Assembly: GCA_951406725.2 (NCBI GenBank)
Contig: OX597816.1
Coordinates: 57,102,001 to 57,166,000 of the forward strand
Origin: Octopus vulgaris
Taxonomy: Eukaryota
Reading direction: 5' to 3'
Length of the DNA stretch: 64,000 bases
Position 1 is the first letter of the stretch. Each line of letters starts with the position of its first letter. Below, one piece after another: positions 13,371-26,110 of the stretch. Below the pieces are notes generated by a model. It had not been told where the DNA came from, ran no database searches, and saw only the letters and a list, made by a program, of their open reading frames with translations. The position numbers and the translations under genes were made by a program.

Positions 13371-13527
13371 TCAAAATAAGCAACAAGGATGACTCCGGTA
13401 ATTTGATACAATCGTTTCGTACTACATCATTTTATTAAATGTTGTAATACTTACAACATTTAATAAAATGATGTAGTACGAAACGATTGTACCAAATTAC
13501 CGGAGTCATCCTTGTTGCTTATTTTGA
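13371..13527. repeat. Near-perfect 157-bp palindrome ending a (TA)n-flanked element (13271-13530)
   Basis: 77-bp arms, 3-nt loop (tac), one mismatch. Confidence 0.92.
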
Positions 13528-13577
<50 letters not shown>

Positions 13578-14185
13578 AAGAGGAAAAACAAAAAATACTG
13601 ACTCGGAAGTAACTGAGAATAATTTAGAAAGGTTTTGACCAGTATTGGCCCAGGCCATGTCTAATTTAATAGCACCACCTGGCTAAAAATAGGACCCTAG
13701 GGGGGTCCTTTGCCCGAAAAGTGGAAGTAGGCTACGGATCCCCAATTCCAGCCCTCATTGTGAATTTGGATACTAGTAACATATCAATTGGAGCACTCAC
13801 ACACCGTACCTGTTAGTTTAAATCATCAGTATCTTAAACCCTTCCTATTACATATATATATATACATAGTATATATAGATCACAGTATGTATGTAAGTAT
13901 AATGCCTAACGCATACATTTCCACAATTCTCAACCGATTTTCAAACTTTACACACACATTACTTGTGTCCCAAGGACGGTCATGCATTATAACACTTCCC
14001 CAGAGCCCCAGGGTAAATAGACGCACATGGACATAGCTTTTTGTGTGTAAAGTCTTCCATACCTTTTTAATCCAAACATATAATATATTTGACATGGGCG
14101 ATTCTTTCTTGTCTTGGGATTCACGGTCAAATGGCTGGGTGGAATTGTGCGAAAAATTACACAGATGATGCTGGGATTTGTATTC

Positions 14186-14370
14186 ATTTCATAGTTCCCA
14201 TGGTTACCGAGATAATCTACTATAATGATACTCTTGTATTTATGAATGAGAAAGTGATAGGTGACTCAGGAAGGAAGGGGTGATGTCATTTTTTTCATAG
14301 CTCCCATGTTTACAGAGATTGTCTACTATAATAATACTCTTGTGTTTATGAATAATAAAGGAAGGAGTGA
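14186..14370 (+). repeat. Diverged tandem duplication of roughly 105 bp
   Basis: ttcatagttcccatggttaccgagataatctactataatgatactcttgt recurs as ttcatagctcccatgtttacagagattgtctactataataatactcttgt. Confidence 0.7.
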
Positions 14371-14689
14371 TAGATGAATAAGGAAGGAATGGGTGATGTC
14401 ATACTTGGTAATGGGATGTTGAAAATTGTACGCTGAAAAAATAAATCAAACAGCGTTTCAACTCTGTGTGAATATATGTGTGTGTTCGGGATTTTCAAAA
14501 TGAAAAATCGACCGTTAATTTGTACATTACAAATGCAATCTGTGAGTGGAACAGTCAAAATATGCGAGACTTTTCTCAAGTTACAAATGTGAATTTGTAA
14601 CTACATCCCAAAGATGGAGCCTTGGATCTAGGCTAGAAATCGGCTCTTGCTCTATTGGCAAGAAATCTTAAAATAAAACTTAATAAGAC

Positions 14690-14995
14690 GCAGGCGAGAC
14701 TGTGTAGTAGGAAGCTTGCTTCCCAACCACATTGCTCCGGGTTCAGTCCCACTACGTGGCACCTTAGGCAAGTGTCTTCTACTGTAGCCTCGAGCAGACC
14801 AAAGCCTTGGGAGTAGATTTGATAGACGGAAACTGAAAGAAGCCCGTCGAATATATGTGTTTGTGTGTTTGTGTGTGTGTGTGTATGTGTGTGTAAAAGA
14901 GACCGATAGAATAAGTCCTGACGTCGATTTGTTCGACTAAAAGCAGTGCTCCATCGTGGCCGCAGTCAAATGACTGAAACAAGTAAACGAATAAC
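14690..14995 (+). mobile_element. SINE family 1 (internally deleted)
   Basis: Head ctgtgtagtaggaagcttgcttcccaaccac..gggttcagtcccact; tail ctccatcgtggccgcagtcaaatgactgaaacaag. Confidence 0.85.
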
Positions 14996-15429
14996 ATACG
15001 TACATACATATGATAGCTAATTATGATGTAAGACAATGTTTGTTGATGTACTCATAAGTAAATGATGTTGATGCGGTGCGTCTAACCCTTTCAGACGACA
15101 TGTCTGTCTGGCAAATGAAGAATTGCAACACTGACCCAGACTGGCATCACGTACAGTGAGACACACCGACATACACACGCATACAGACAGACTTGGCAGA
15201 GCTACACATGTATTCCTAGTCAAGACTTTACACCAATGATTATCAAGAATATGACATCTGCTGGTGTAGTTGGGTGTGGCAAGAAATGAACGAAGAAAAA
15301 CGCTCTTTGGTGCAAAAGTCTCAAAAATTATTCATAAGCATTAGTATTAATATTTTCTCATAATATTTCGTATACTTATCCTGCATTACATCATTTCCCT
15401 CATTTATGAACACGGATATTTATTAAAAA

Positions 15430-15670
15430 AAAATTACTATTTTTAAATCTCACAAGAGATATTCAGCCACAGTACTTTGGAGTAAAGATTTTATGCCAAC
15501 ATAACATCTCCAGCTGGCTATACGACACGATGTATGTCTTTGTTCGAAAACATAAGGACACAGATCGTGCCATATAGCCAGCTGGAGACGATGTCCCCTG
15601 GGGCTAAATTACAGCAACATTCGTCCTAAACCAGGACGGCCATGTTATGTTGGCAAATAATCTTTACTGC
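15430..15670. mobile_element. Fold-back element, family F (copy of the core of 33699-34499)
   Basis: Same palindrome centre tgtctttgttcgaaaacataaggaca and arms ccagctggagacgatgtc..ctggggctaaattacagc; left arm partly deleted. Confidence 0.8.
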
Positions 15671-15729
15671 ACGGATATTGATATTTACCACGATAATTTC
15701 GGTTCCCAACTGAAAGAAGTAGACTGAAT

Positions 15730-16620
15730 GATGTATCGTTAGCGTGCCGGATGAAATGCTTAGCGACATTTTCCCGGCACTTTACGTTCCGAGTTCATTA
15801 TTTCGGGGTCGAAGAGTAGCAGCTGGACAATGAGGATGATGTGATCGCATAAACTCCTTCCCCTAAAATTGAATGTCATCCATCAACGTTTAGTAAATAC
15901 AAAATTCCGCCGAGGTCGATTTCGCTCTTCAATCCTTTCGGGGTCGATAAAATAAGTACCAGTTGAACACTGGGGTCGATGTAATCAACTCATCCCCTCC
16001 CTCAAAACTGCCCTTGTGGAAAAATTTTATACCGTTATTTAGTAAATACAAGGCGGTAAACTGACAGAATCGTTAGCACACCGGGCGAAATGTTTAGCGG
16101 TATTTCGTCCGTTCTGAGTTCAAATTCAGCCGTGGTCGACTTTGCTTTTCACCCTTTCAAGATCGATTAAATAAGTACCAGTTACGCACTAGGGTCGATG
16201 TAATCAGTTTAATCTCCTCCCCCAAATTGCCCGAGTGACAAAATTTGAAAGCATCGAGGGGTGGAGACCACGTTACTGTATTTCTTCCGACTTCTTTACG
16301 CGCCAAGATCAAATCCTGCCGAGACCAACTTTATCTTTTATGCTACTGAAGTGTTGCTAAAATAAGCATTAGTCAAGCAGTCTCCTCAAAATGACGGGCC
16401 GAAATTTTGTGCCGAAATCAGAAACAACTCGTAGTAATACTAATCCACCCATGGATTAACAAAATCGATTAACCGTCAGCCAATATGCTAAGCTGTGTTT
16501 GCTTGCGCCTCATTACGTTCTGAAGTGAAATGCTGCAGATGTCAGGTTTGCCTCTCATCCTTCTGAATTTCATTAAACGAAGAATCTGTAATGAGACTGA
16601 TATAATCGACTCACCCCACC
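15730..16620 (+). mobile_element. Cluster of about 5 decayed copies of tRNA-related SINE family 3
   Basis: Repeated gaatcgttagcac..aaatgcttagcgg..gttctgagttcaaatt..gaggtcgactttgc..ggggtcgataaaataagtaccag; other copies near 7190-7315, 7520-7592, 30100-30290, 41340-41450, 51120-51240 and 59815-59965. Confidence 0.75.
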
Positions 16621-16674
16621 CTCATACATAACTGTCTGCGTAGTACGATTTAGTAAAACAATGACATCCTTTCT

Positions 16675-16750
<76 letters not shown>

Positions 16751-17019
16751 CGCTTTGACAGATTGTGTAGAAGCTCATCGAATGAATTGTATTTATAATT
16801 CTAAGGCCCAACCTTGTCAAACCATGAGTTACCCCGAGAGAGAGAGAGAGAGAGAGAGGAAGAGAGTACAAGTGTCTGTGCAATATTCAGTTATATATAC
16901 GTTAATTTGAATGTCATCGTCACAACTGACGGAGGAGCCATCACATACAAACTAGTTTTCCTCCATTGTATCACCCCTAAATTTATAGTCTATTCCTTTT
17001 TGTCTGGGATGACGGAAAA

Positions 17020-17270
17020 TTTCTCAGGGGTGGTTATTATAAAAACAGTGAGGTGTTTAGGGGCAGTTATTTTTTTAAAAAAAAGGTGTTTAAGGGCAGT
17101 TGTCACGTAAACGAAGTGTTTATGGATAGTTATAATTAAAAACGGGGAGCTGTTTAGGGGTAGCTGTATTAAAAGCGAGGTGTTTAGGGTCAGTTATTAT
17201 AAAAACTCAGTGGTCTTTAGGGGCAGTTATCACAAAAACAGAACAGTATTTAAGGGTAGTTATCATAAGT
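17020..17270. repeat. Degenerate minisatellite with a unit of about 33-36 bp
   Basis: Recurring ggtgtttaggggcagttattataaaaac. Confidence 0.75.
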
Positions 17271-17551
17271 TAAAAAAACATTTCCCCAGAGAATACTAAT
17301 TTTACATTTGATTTGAAAAAGCAAATTCCGGACGAGATTTATAGACAGTGAAAGATCTCCATGAAATGATTTTCACACGATTTTGATAAATAGACACCAT
17401 TTCTTGTTTTGTGTAGAGAGCATTTCTTGTCTTATGTATAGACTATTTCTTCATTTGCATAACCTTTAATTCTCTCGTACAGACAAGTCTCTCATATAGG
17501 TACGGTTTCTTGTCTAAAACCAATTCTCGTCTTATATAGACGCTAATTCTT

Positions 17552-17775
17552 GGGAACCCTTTGAACGGCAGATCGAGAAAATAATTTTTTGTAACTAAAC
17601 ACTTTAAAACTTCGGACACTGGTAAAATGTGTCATATAAAACATCTTTTACTCTTATTGCTGTTGAGAAAAGTTTGTATTTTCAAAGTTATTTCGTGTTG
17701 AAGTTGTCGTATTTCGGTAATTTCAACCAATCAATGACGTGTATTCAGCTGAATAAAATTACTGCTGTTGTTTGT
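17552..17775 (+). mobile_element. Single arm related to the MITE at 21262-21894
   Basis: ctttgaacggcaga..gtaactaaacactttaaaacttc..actggtaaaatgtgtc matches that MITE's left arm. Confidence 0.65.
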
Positions 17776-19274
17776 CAACAACAACTCCCGGCGGTGTACA
17801 CGCATCTATATGACACGGACTAAGCAGTGGTTTCTGTCCGTCTTGCTCCAGGATTTTGACCACTTGCTACGTATAGTGGCAAGTTAGAAACACTCGATGA
17901 GAAAGATACACACTTCTAAATGAATGTTGATCCACTACCTGGGTCCTTGTGATAACTAGGACTAATGATTGAAAAGAGTGGGAGAGACGAGGTCGTAGAC
18001 TGTAAGGAGTAATACATCAAAATAAACGAAGACAGAAAATAAACAAAACTATGGTGTATATGTGAGTGAGAGAGAGAGAGAGAGCGAGAGGTGTGAAAGA
18101 GATAGTAAGAGAGAGGCAAACGGACATATTACGGAAATAGTCAGATTACGATAAAATGGCGCGAGAAATCCGGATGCAGAAAAGACTGTGGTTCGTTAGT
18201 TGAGGCTGAGATAACTAACTGTTCGTTTGTTTAACAAATTGAGATTTTTATGGTAATAAAACAAATGAGTCTTCAATAGAGACGAACTGCGAAAAGACGT
18301 TATTTTCTCTCTCTCATTTTCTTAAACAGATACACGCATACACACACACACACTTACACATACACACAGACTTACACAAGCACACTCTTATTGACACGGC
18401 AATGTCGAACTTGAGTTCTTTTTCCAGTCATATTTAAGGACATCATAGTCCACGTGATTAGAGAATTGCTGCTTGCCAAGATGGATCCTGGTGTCGAAGG
18501 TTTAAAGGGGTTTGCGGGAGGAGGGAGAAGAATTTTTCCAAGTACCGTATGACATTATGGGATCTTTTTCGTATAACTCTGTGCGTGCGTATGCACGCGT
18601 GTATGCATGCCTGTATGTATGTACATACTTACGTATGTACGTATGTAATATCTTACATGAATATGTAAACTTAGACACAGCAGAAGGTTACTCTCTCGTG
18701 AAAGCTAACGCTTCTGGTTTCTGATTTCCTACTTACCAGTTAAACAAATTTAACACTTTCCAAATGACACTTGGCTCACACGATTGATCATCATTATAAT
18801 ATTCGATGGGTTGCAACTGTCCACAGTCGGACCGCCCTTCCTCTGCTTATTCTTTCTAAGTCATGAGTAGTCTTCTAAGAAATCTCCAATAGACAGCAGG
18901 CTTTCAGTTGCCGGATATCCCGTTGGTCAGTAAAATACCGCCATTGAAATACATTCTTCGGATATGTGGTCACACGCAAAGTATTGTATAGACAGGAGTA
19001 GTTGTGATCTTCTGGTGACCCACCACGCTGTGTTCGTCGTTAAAGTGGTATTGATGTCTCAGAAGTGCATAGGAAATATCTAAAATTGGATTCTTATCAG
19101 ATACAGTTGTACATTTAGCGCAAAATATGGTGATAACCAGCAGCGATTTGGTTACTATTTCTAGCAAAATGAGTAATCCCATAAGAACTCCGTCGACGTT
19201 TACTGTAGAGATCCGGAATACAATAAAACAATCAAATTTTAAAACGATAATTATTTGTTCACTCAAGTTCTTTT

Positions 19275-19392
<118 letters not shown>

Positions 19393-19642
19393 ATACTGTT
19401 GCTGCTGGTACTAGACAATGGCAATTCACATTCATTTTGGGTGAGTCTTATCATAGTCACTCATAACAATTATGTACGTGACACTTGTCAGATGTCGACT
19501 GTGTGTGTATGTGCATGTATGTATGTAGAGACATACACAAGTTCCCTTCCGATTTCAAATACTATATATATACATCATATATAATGTAGAGACACACACA
19601 CACACATATATAATGCGTATATATATATTATGCATGGATGTG

Positions 19643-19676
<34 letters not shown>

Positions 19677-19897
19677 CATATATGTATGTACATATATGTA
19701 TGTACATAGATATATAAATAGAAGAACCACTTCAGATCTACCCTTCTATAATGTATATACATTATATATGATGTATATATATAGTATATATGTATGGATG
19801 GATGCATGGTATGGATCTATGGTATGTATGTATGTATGCCTGTATATATGTGTGTGTGTACATGTGTATACACATAATTGTGATACGGTTTCACAAT

Positions 19898-20035
19898 AGA
19901 AAATGTCCTTGGCATCAACTGAAAAGGAGTCATGGAGAAAGATGGCTGTCCCACCTTTAGTTCGGTCTGTGCGATCTGCACGGATGATGGGGAAATCTTC
20001 TATTTCCACCTCGGCATCTATATAGGTGAGTTTCA
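19898..20035 (-). pseudogene. LINE APE endonuclease fragment
   Basis: IDAEVEIEDFPIIRADRTDRTKGGTAIFLHDS is an APE motif of CR1/L2-type elements. Confidence 0.7.
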
Positions 20036-20104
20036 ATAAGGATAAAGAAAGTGGTGCTGTGTGCCGTTTCATACATTGTATATATATATATACATATATA
20101 TATC

Positions 20105-20348
20105 TGTAAATGTAATATGTGACAATTATTCGGTAGCCATGATAAAACACCGAGTTTCGGATGCCGAGGTGGAAATCCACGCCGCCATCTCTTCAGTTAT
20201 CCGGCCAAAGGAAAAGCTTTCCATCTCATATTAGGATTTTTCCGATGGTCGGATAACTGAAGAGATGGCGGCGTGGATTTCCACCTCGGCATCCGAAACT
20301 TGGAGTTTTATCATGGCTACCGAATAATTGTCACATATTACAATTACA
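20105..20348. mobile_element. Penelope-like fold-back (family C) with a hammerhead in each arm, between (TA)n tracts
   Basis: Arms of about 102 bp with a 40-bp spacer; plus arm 20252-20312 reads gataa CTGAAGA gatg..gtgg attt ccac..catcc GAAA ct tgg ag TT ttatc; mirror copy at 20141-20201. Confidence 0.85.
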
Positions 20349-20366
20349 TATATATATATATATATT

Positions 20367-20744
20367 GTGGAGGCGCAATGGCCAGTGGTTAGGGCAGCAG
20401 ACTCGCGGTCGTAGGATCGCAGTTTCGATTCCCAGCCCGGGCGTTGTTAGTATTTATTGAGCGAAAACACCTAAAGCTCAACGAGGCTCTGGCAGGGTGT
20501 TGTGGCGAATTCTGCTGTACTCTTTCACCACAACTTTTTCTCACTCTTTCTTCCTGTTCTTGTATCTGTATTTCAAAGGGCCAGCCTTGTCACACTCTGT
20601 GTCACGTTGAATCCCCCTGAGAACAACATGAAGGGTACACGAGTCTGTGAAGTGCTCAGCTACTTGAACGTTAATTTCACGAGCAGGCTGTTCCGTTGAT
20701 CGAATCAACTGGAACTCTCGTCGTCGCAACCGACGGAGTGCCAC
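20367..20744 (+). mobile_element. tRNA-derived SINE family 2
   Basis: A box tggccagtgg and B box gtttcgattcc; related copies at 25270-25935, 29128-29450 (-) and 58932-59180. Confidence 0.85.
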
Positions 20745-21261
20745 TATATATTATATGATTTACCCATAGTTACAGTTTTTATTCTTATCTTCCAGAATTC
20801 AAGAACAAGAATAGCTTCCTTTACGTGTATATATCTGTCTGTCTGTCTACCCTTCTCTCATCTCTTTCATTCTTTCCCTTTCTTTCTCTCTCTCGTCTCT
20901 TTCCCTCTCTTCCTTCCACCCCTCTTTCTGCTCCCTCTCCCTCTTCCTCCTCCTCTTCCTCCTTCTGCTGCTCTTCCCCTTCTAAATCTCTCTTGATTTA
21001 CTCTCCTCAGTTCCAGCGACTTTCTCAGCACACCCATCCTCCGTCACTTTTCCCCACCCTTTCTTCCTTTCTTACCCTTTCTCCCTCTCTCGCCCTATCA
21101 CCTTCCTCTCCACCTCATTACCGCTACCATTGTTATCCTATATCAAGCTCCAACCACACTTCACTCCCCTTCTTATACACCGAGTATCTCTCAACATCAT
21201 TCCTCAAACTAATTCCTCTAAATTCAACTTACTCCCTGATACAATAATGCTTTAAGGTAGG

Positions 21262-21894
21262 GGATCCTTTCCTTTTGAACGGTAGATATCAACACAATTT
21301 CTAGTTAACTAAACACTTTTAAACTTCATATACTGGTAGAATGTGTTTATAAAACATCATTTCCTCTTGGTTTTATTGAGAAAATTCTATAGTTTGTAAG
21401 ATATTTCGTCTGAAAATCCGAGCATGTCGGCAATTTTAACCAATCGATTACCTCCATTCAACTAAAATCATTTGCTGCGTCTAAAACTGAGACAACATCC
21501 TGTAACTAACTCTAAACCTCCCCCCTAACCCTAATTTTTTTTTCTTAATTGTTAAATTAAATTAATTCCATTGCTTTAGTTTTTTTACACGCGTAACAAT
21601 TAAATTAATTTAACAATTAAGAAAAAAAAAATTAGGGTTAGGGTTAGGGGGGAGGTTTAGGGTTAGTTACAGGATGTTGTCTCAGTTTTAGACGCAGCAA
21701 ATGATTTTAGCTCAATAGAGGCCATAGGATTGGTTAAAATTCGAAAAATTAAACTACGTTAAACTTACAAATTACAATTTTCTCAAGAAAGCCAAGAGAA
21801 AAAAATGTTTTATTTTGACACATTCTACCAGTATACGAAGTTTTAAAGTGTTTAGTTAACTAGAAATTGTCTGCCGTTCAAAAGGAAAAGATCC
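21262..21894. mobile_element. Fully palindromic MITE with GG termini and 8-bp TSD (possibly Merlin-like)
   Basis: TIR ggatcctttccttttgaacgg / ccgttcaaaaggaaaagatcc; arms of about 300 bp; TSD aaggtagg/aaggcagg; internal ctaaccctaa / ttagggttagggttaggg. Confidence 0.85.
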
Positions 21895-21899
21895 AAGGC

Positions 21900-22215
21900 A
21901 GGTTTCGAAGAGGTCGCCCGCATAAGCTCTCGGCCATGTTTTATGAGTTCGTTGAGGGCGGCATGGCGTGGAAGGCGGCCAACTTTACAAATGCAGAATG
22001 ATGGATGGAGGCTGAAAGGATCCACACTAGATCCGCAGTGGCATTTGTGAGACTCACCAAACTGGAGGTCAAGCCCGAGGGAAACGCCGATGCGCGACTG
22101 TTGCTATCAAGTTGGGTGACAGTCACGAGTGTTGGCACCGCGGAGAGCCAAGCATAGCCGTGGGGCTCGAACGCTGAGCGGATACATACCAGGTGACGCT
22201 GGTCAGGTCGGCGCA
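21900..22215 (-). pseudogene. CRE-clade non-LTR retrotransposon fragment (Zn knuckle before the RLE domain)
   Basis: AWLSAVPT..TQLDSNS, then after a frameshift RIGVSLGL..HKCHCGSSVDPFSLHPSFC..GRLPRHAALNELIK. Confidence 0.72.
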
Positions 22216-22429
22216 ATAACTCGTAATTAACTACTAATTTGTACACTCACATGACACTGCTTGCTTTCCTCTTTCTCTCTCACTCTCTCTTTTTTTCTCT
22301 CTATCTAGCCCTCCCTTCCCCTCCCTCCCACCTTCTCTCACTCTCTTCCCCTCTCTTTCCGCTTCTCTTCCTCCTCCTCCCATCTCTTTCTCCATTTATC
22401 TCTTCCATTTTCCTTATTTCCACAACTTT

Positions 22430-22815
22430 TACAATACTAAAACACATCCCAACACTACAACAACAACAACACCCAAGGACACTACAATAGCACTCCAAGA
22501 TACTGCCCAATACTTTGTGCGCGCGCACACACCACAACACTTCTGAAACACTCCATAACACTACTATCCGACCCTAGAATATAGTAGCAACACTCCACAA
22601 AACTATCCCAACACTTCATATGACCTACTACCACATTCCAAAACACTACCACAACACTGCAGAAAAACTACTATCACTGCACTGCACGACACGGCCATAG
22701 CACTTCACAAGACTACCGCAACACTCGAGGACACTATCACAACACAGCAACACAGCAAAACACTCCACAACACTCCTAGAACACTCGCAGAACACTAATA
22801 CTACAGTTCAGAACA
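22430..22815. repeat. Degenerate ~11-bp (caacactccac-like) repeat
   Basis: Recurring aacact/acactac motifs. Confidence 0.65.
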
Positions 22816-24144
22816 TGATTACAGTGCCATTAAAAAAAAACATACGTATTCTTCGGTCCAAACACATCCACAACACCCTAAAACTCAGACAAAACTATAT
22901 TCAGTTGTCAACGTTTTATAAGGTAAATCTTTGGTCAAATCAGCGTTCTAGCTGTGACCACTGTTCCGTTTTTCTGCTAATTTATATTCACAACTGAATA
23001 TTTAAGAAAGTTTCCTTCCGATTTCAAATGCTAGAGTGGAGTTAGAGAAACACTTAGCTGTTATTTCCAGTATATCTAGCTACCATCTACAGATTAAAAG
23101 CAGAAGAACAGCAGATGTCATGAAAAGAGTAGATTCATCTTGTCTACACCTGTTGCTGTTAACACCAGATGTAAAGGCATACATACTAATTAATGAATAA
23201 GACTCGTTTCTTAGACTCTTACAGCAGACAAATACTTTTCAAGTGTTACACATTTCGGAATGGAAGGCTAGATCTGAAGTGGCTCTTCTATTTTTCTATG
23301 TGCGATAGAATCGTCTAATCTTGGGTGATGAGGGGTTAAATACCACACACATTGAAGCAGATGGGACACAGAAAAATATTCTTCATGGCTGTTTGTTTTA
23401 GAAGTCGGCTTTGTGTCGTCTCTTGTTCAATTCTATTGCGCAGCACCTCAAGCAAGAATTTTTACTGTATCCCCGGTTAGACCAATGCCTTGAGTCAATT
23501 TGGAAAGCGGACACTGTGTGGAGGCTCATCTTAGACAGATAGAGGTATGTGCCCTGGTGTTTGTTTAAGGACCCTTTAGCGGTTTTTTACAAAGGAGATC
23601 GATTAAATAAATACCAAACTTAAAATGATTAGTAGGGCCGATTTGTTCGACTAAATCCTTGTAGGAGGTACACCAGCATGATCGCATTCCAGTGAATGGA
23701 ACAATTAAAAGGTAACGAAACGAACACCGTTCTACCGTCATTCTGTTCCCCATACAAGAAGTAGAGAGTTTATGTTCTGACTAAACTCAGCTGAAGGTCT
23801 CTTCTAACTTGTATTAAAGAAAGAGATGTGTGAGGACTACACGAGAGCCACACACCAATGATCGTGAAAATTAATGTTTTTTTTTTTTTTTGGTGGGGCT
23901 TTGTTTTGCCTTGTTTTCCAGGATTTCGACAAGGCGAAACGAACTGTGGATCTTTCGAATCGTTCCGTTGAATTCTGTCGAAGTAGCCATTTTAAAACTC
24001 AACCATCACTCTTCTTCGATTGAAGCAACCCTGTAGAATAGAGATCAGTTAATACGAAAACTACTGATTTTTTTTTTAAGAATAAAATATTTTGAATGAC
24101 ACAATGGACTACAATAACTGTTATAATTTAATCATCCATCATCC

Positions 24145-24184
24145 GATATGATATTTCGGAATAAAAATTCCTTCTTCAGATATC
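24145..24184 (-). ncRNA. Minimal type I hammerhead ribozyme (family D, copy 1)
   Basis: Minus strand: gatat CTGAAGA a ggaat tttt attcc GAAA ta TC atatc; all core bases intact, helices I and II perfectly paired, palindromic AUAU helix III. Confidence 0.8.
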
Positions 24185-24444
24185 CCTAGGAGTTGATGGA
24201 GCGGCTGCTATAATCGGTTTTCCAACGGCTTTTCTGGAGTTTTTTTCCGGAAGCGTCTCAGCAGTGGTCTCATGAAGTTCCTTCCGGAATTCCTCATGAG
24301 AAGTGCGTGAGGTCAGCCATGTCCCAATCTCGTGTGTGCTGGTACATCCGTGGCGCTGCTTCTAAGTTATATGTTATACGTGCAGTTTCCCTTTTCTCCC
24401 CTTTTTTTTTGTTATAAACAATACATGAGAATGTATTGGGGGGG

Positions 24445-24846
24445 CGTAGCTGTATGGTAAGAAGCTTGCTTTCCAATCACATGGTTCCTGGTTCAGTCCC
24501 ACTGCGTGGCACCTTGGGAAAGTGTCTGCTGCTACAGCCTCGGGCCGACCAAAGCCTTGTGAGTGGATTTGATAGACGGAAACTGAAAGAAGCCCGACAC
24601 ATACACACACATATATATATGTGTGTGTGTGTTTGTGTCGGTGTTTGTCCCCACCACAAATCGCTTGACAACCGATGTTGGTGTGTTTACGTCTCGGTAA
24701 CTTATCGGTTCGCCAAAGAGACCGTTTAAATAAGTACTAGGTTCGCAAAGAATAAGTCCTGGAGGGTCGATTTGTTCGACTAAAGGCGGTGCTCCAGCAT
24801 GGCCGTAGTCAAAACGACTGAAACAAGTAAAAGAATAAAAGAATAA
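24445..24846 (+). mobile_element. SINE family 1, full length
   Basis: tRNA-like head (ctgtatggtaag / ggttcagtccc), central CA/TG tract, LINE-like tail ending aaagaataaaagaata. Confidence 0.88.
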
Positions 24847-25269
24847 TTGGAAGAGAAAAAAAATTCAAGGAACATTCTGTGTACAATATAAGTACACACA
24901 CACACATTCACACACACGCACACATTCACACACACACACACACACACGTTTGGAATAATAACAAGTACACGTGAATTTCCAAAAATATATCATTTAATGG
25001 TTGTTTAGATCTAGAAAGACTTTTTTTTTCTTCTTAATCTAATTTATAACTAAAAATAGATTCTGGAAACTTTCCGTTTAATATTAGAGGCGGCTATTTT
25101 AATTGTAGACTGCTACGTTTTTTTTCCTGTTTCTTTTTTCATTCTTCCCGTAAAGAATTGTGTAAACATTAGTTTACCTGTTATATCAAATTACACGGGA
25201 AAACTTAGTGAAAAATCTTGCGCTACTACGACGATACATACTTTCTCTCGAAGCACATCTCATTTGAAG

Positions 25270-25935
25270 TCGTGTGGCTTGATGGTTAAGGATATTCGAC
25301 TCACGATCGTAAGGTCGCGAGCTTGATTCCCGGCGGCGCGTTGTGTCCTTGAGCAAGACACTTTATTTCACTTTTCTCCACTCTATTCAGCTGGCAAAAA
25401 TGAATAGTATCTGTATTTCAAAAGGCCAGCCTTGTCCCATTCTGGTTCACGCTGTATTTCCCTGAGAACTCATCATCATCATTGTTCGACCGTGGTCGAG
25501 ACAATGGAATTTACCATGCTACGCCAGACTTCACGGTCCATCATGGCATTACGGAGCTCCTGTTGCTGGATGCCTGTATCCCTGGAGATTACATCAGGGT
25601 AGGAGAGTGTGCGCCCTCTGGTATTGCGAGTAGATGGCTTCCAGAGGAGAAGAGTAGAAATTGCCTCGTTTTCAGCTCTACAACAATGTCCAGCAAACTG
25701 GACTCTCCTACCTTTCACAAGAGATGACACAGGTGGTAGTTTCCCATATATTTGCATTTTGGTTGGATGACGCTTCCACGAGAGATTTTGAGCTCTCATA
25801 AGGAGGCGAGTGTAGGTTCCATCCGACCGCGGCAAGGGGTACGCGTGCCGGTGGGATGCTCGTTCATTTCATGAGCAGGCTGTTCCGTTGATCGAATCAA
25901 CTTGAACACTCACCGTCGTAAACGACGGAGAACCA
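25270..25935 (+). mobile_element. SINE family 2 interrupted by a LINE
   Basis: Head gtggcttgatggttaagg..gcttgattccc; body resumes at about 25835 after the insertion. Confidence 0.75.
25469..25830 (-). mobile_element. RTE-like LINE 3' end with (GAT)n tail
   Basis: DGTYTRLLMRAQNLSWKRH..RRVQFAGHC..LLLWKP..AMMDREVWR, followed by stop and (gat)n. Confidence 0.85.
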
Positions 25936-26110
25936 GTTATATTTAATTTATAGTTTCAGTTAGACCATTCTTTTAACTATGTCAATGTTTCAACTTATCC
26001 ATTGTTTCAAAACTCTACAGTTTTTATATTACAGCTATCGTACATACTCACCCATCGAACGGCCCTGTACCTCCCACAGCCCCGTACCTCCTCCTTACAA
26101 ATTATATTAA

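Noticed and set aside
18970-19266. 98-aa minus-strand ORF
   Set aside because: No motif; candidate acceptor frames hit stops quickly
20367-20445. tRNA genes in the SINE heads (also 58932 and 63484)
   Set aside because: A/B boxes are present but there is no complete cloverleaf, and the heads are fused to repeat bodies
21510-21670. Telomere or chromosome fusion site
   Set aside because: Only about 3 TTAGGG units, located inside a MITE with a TSD
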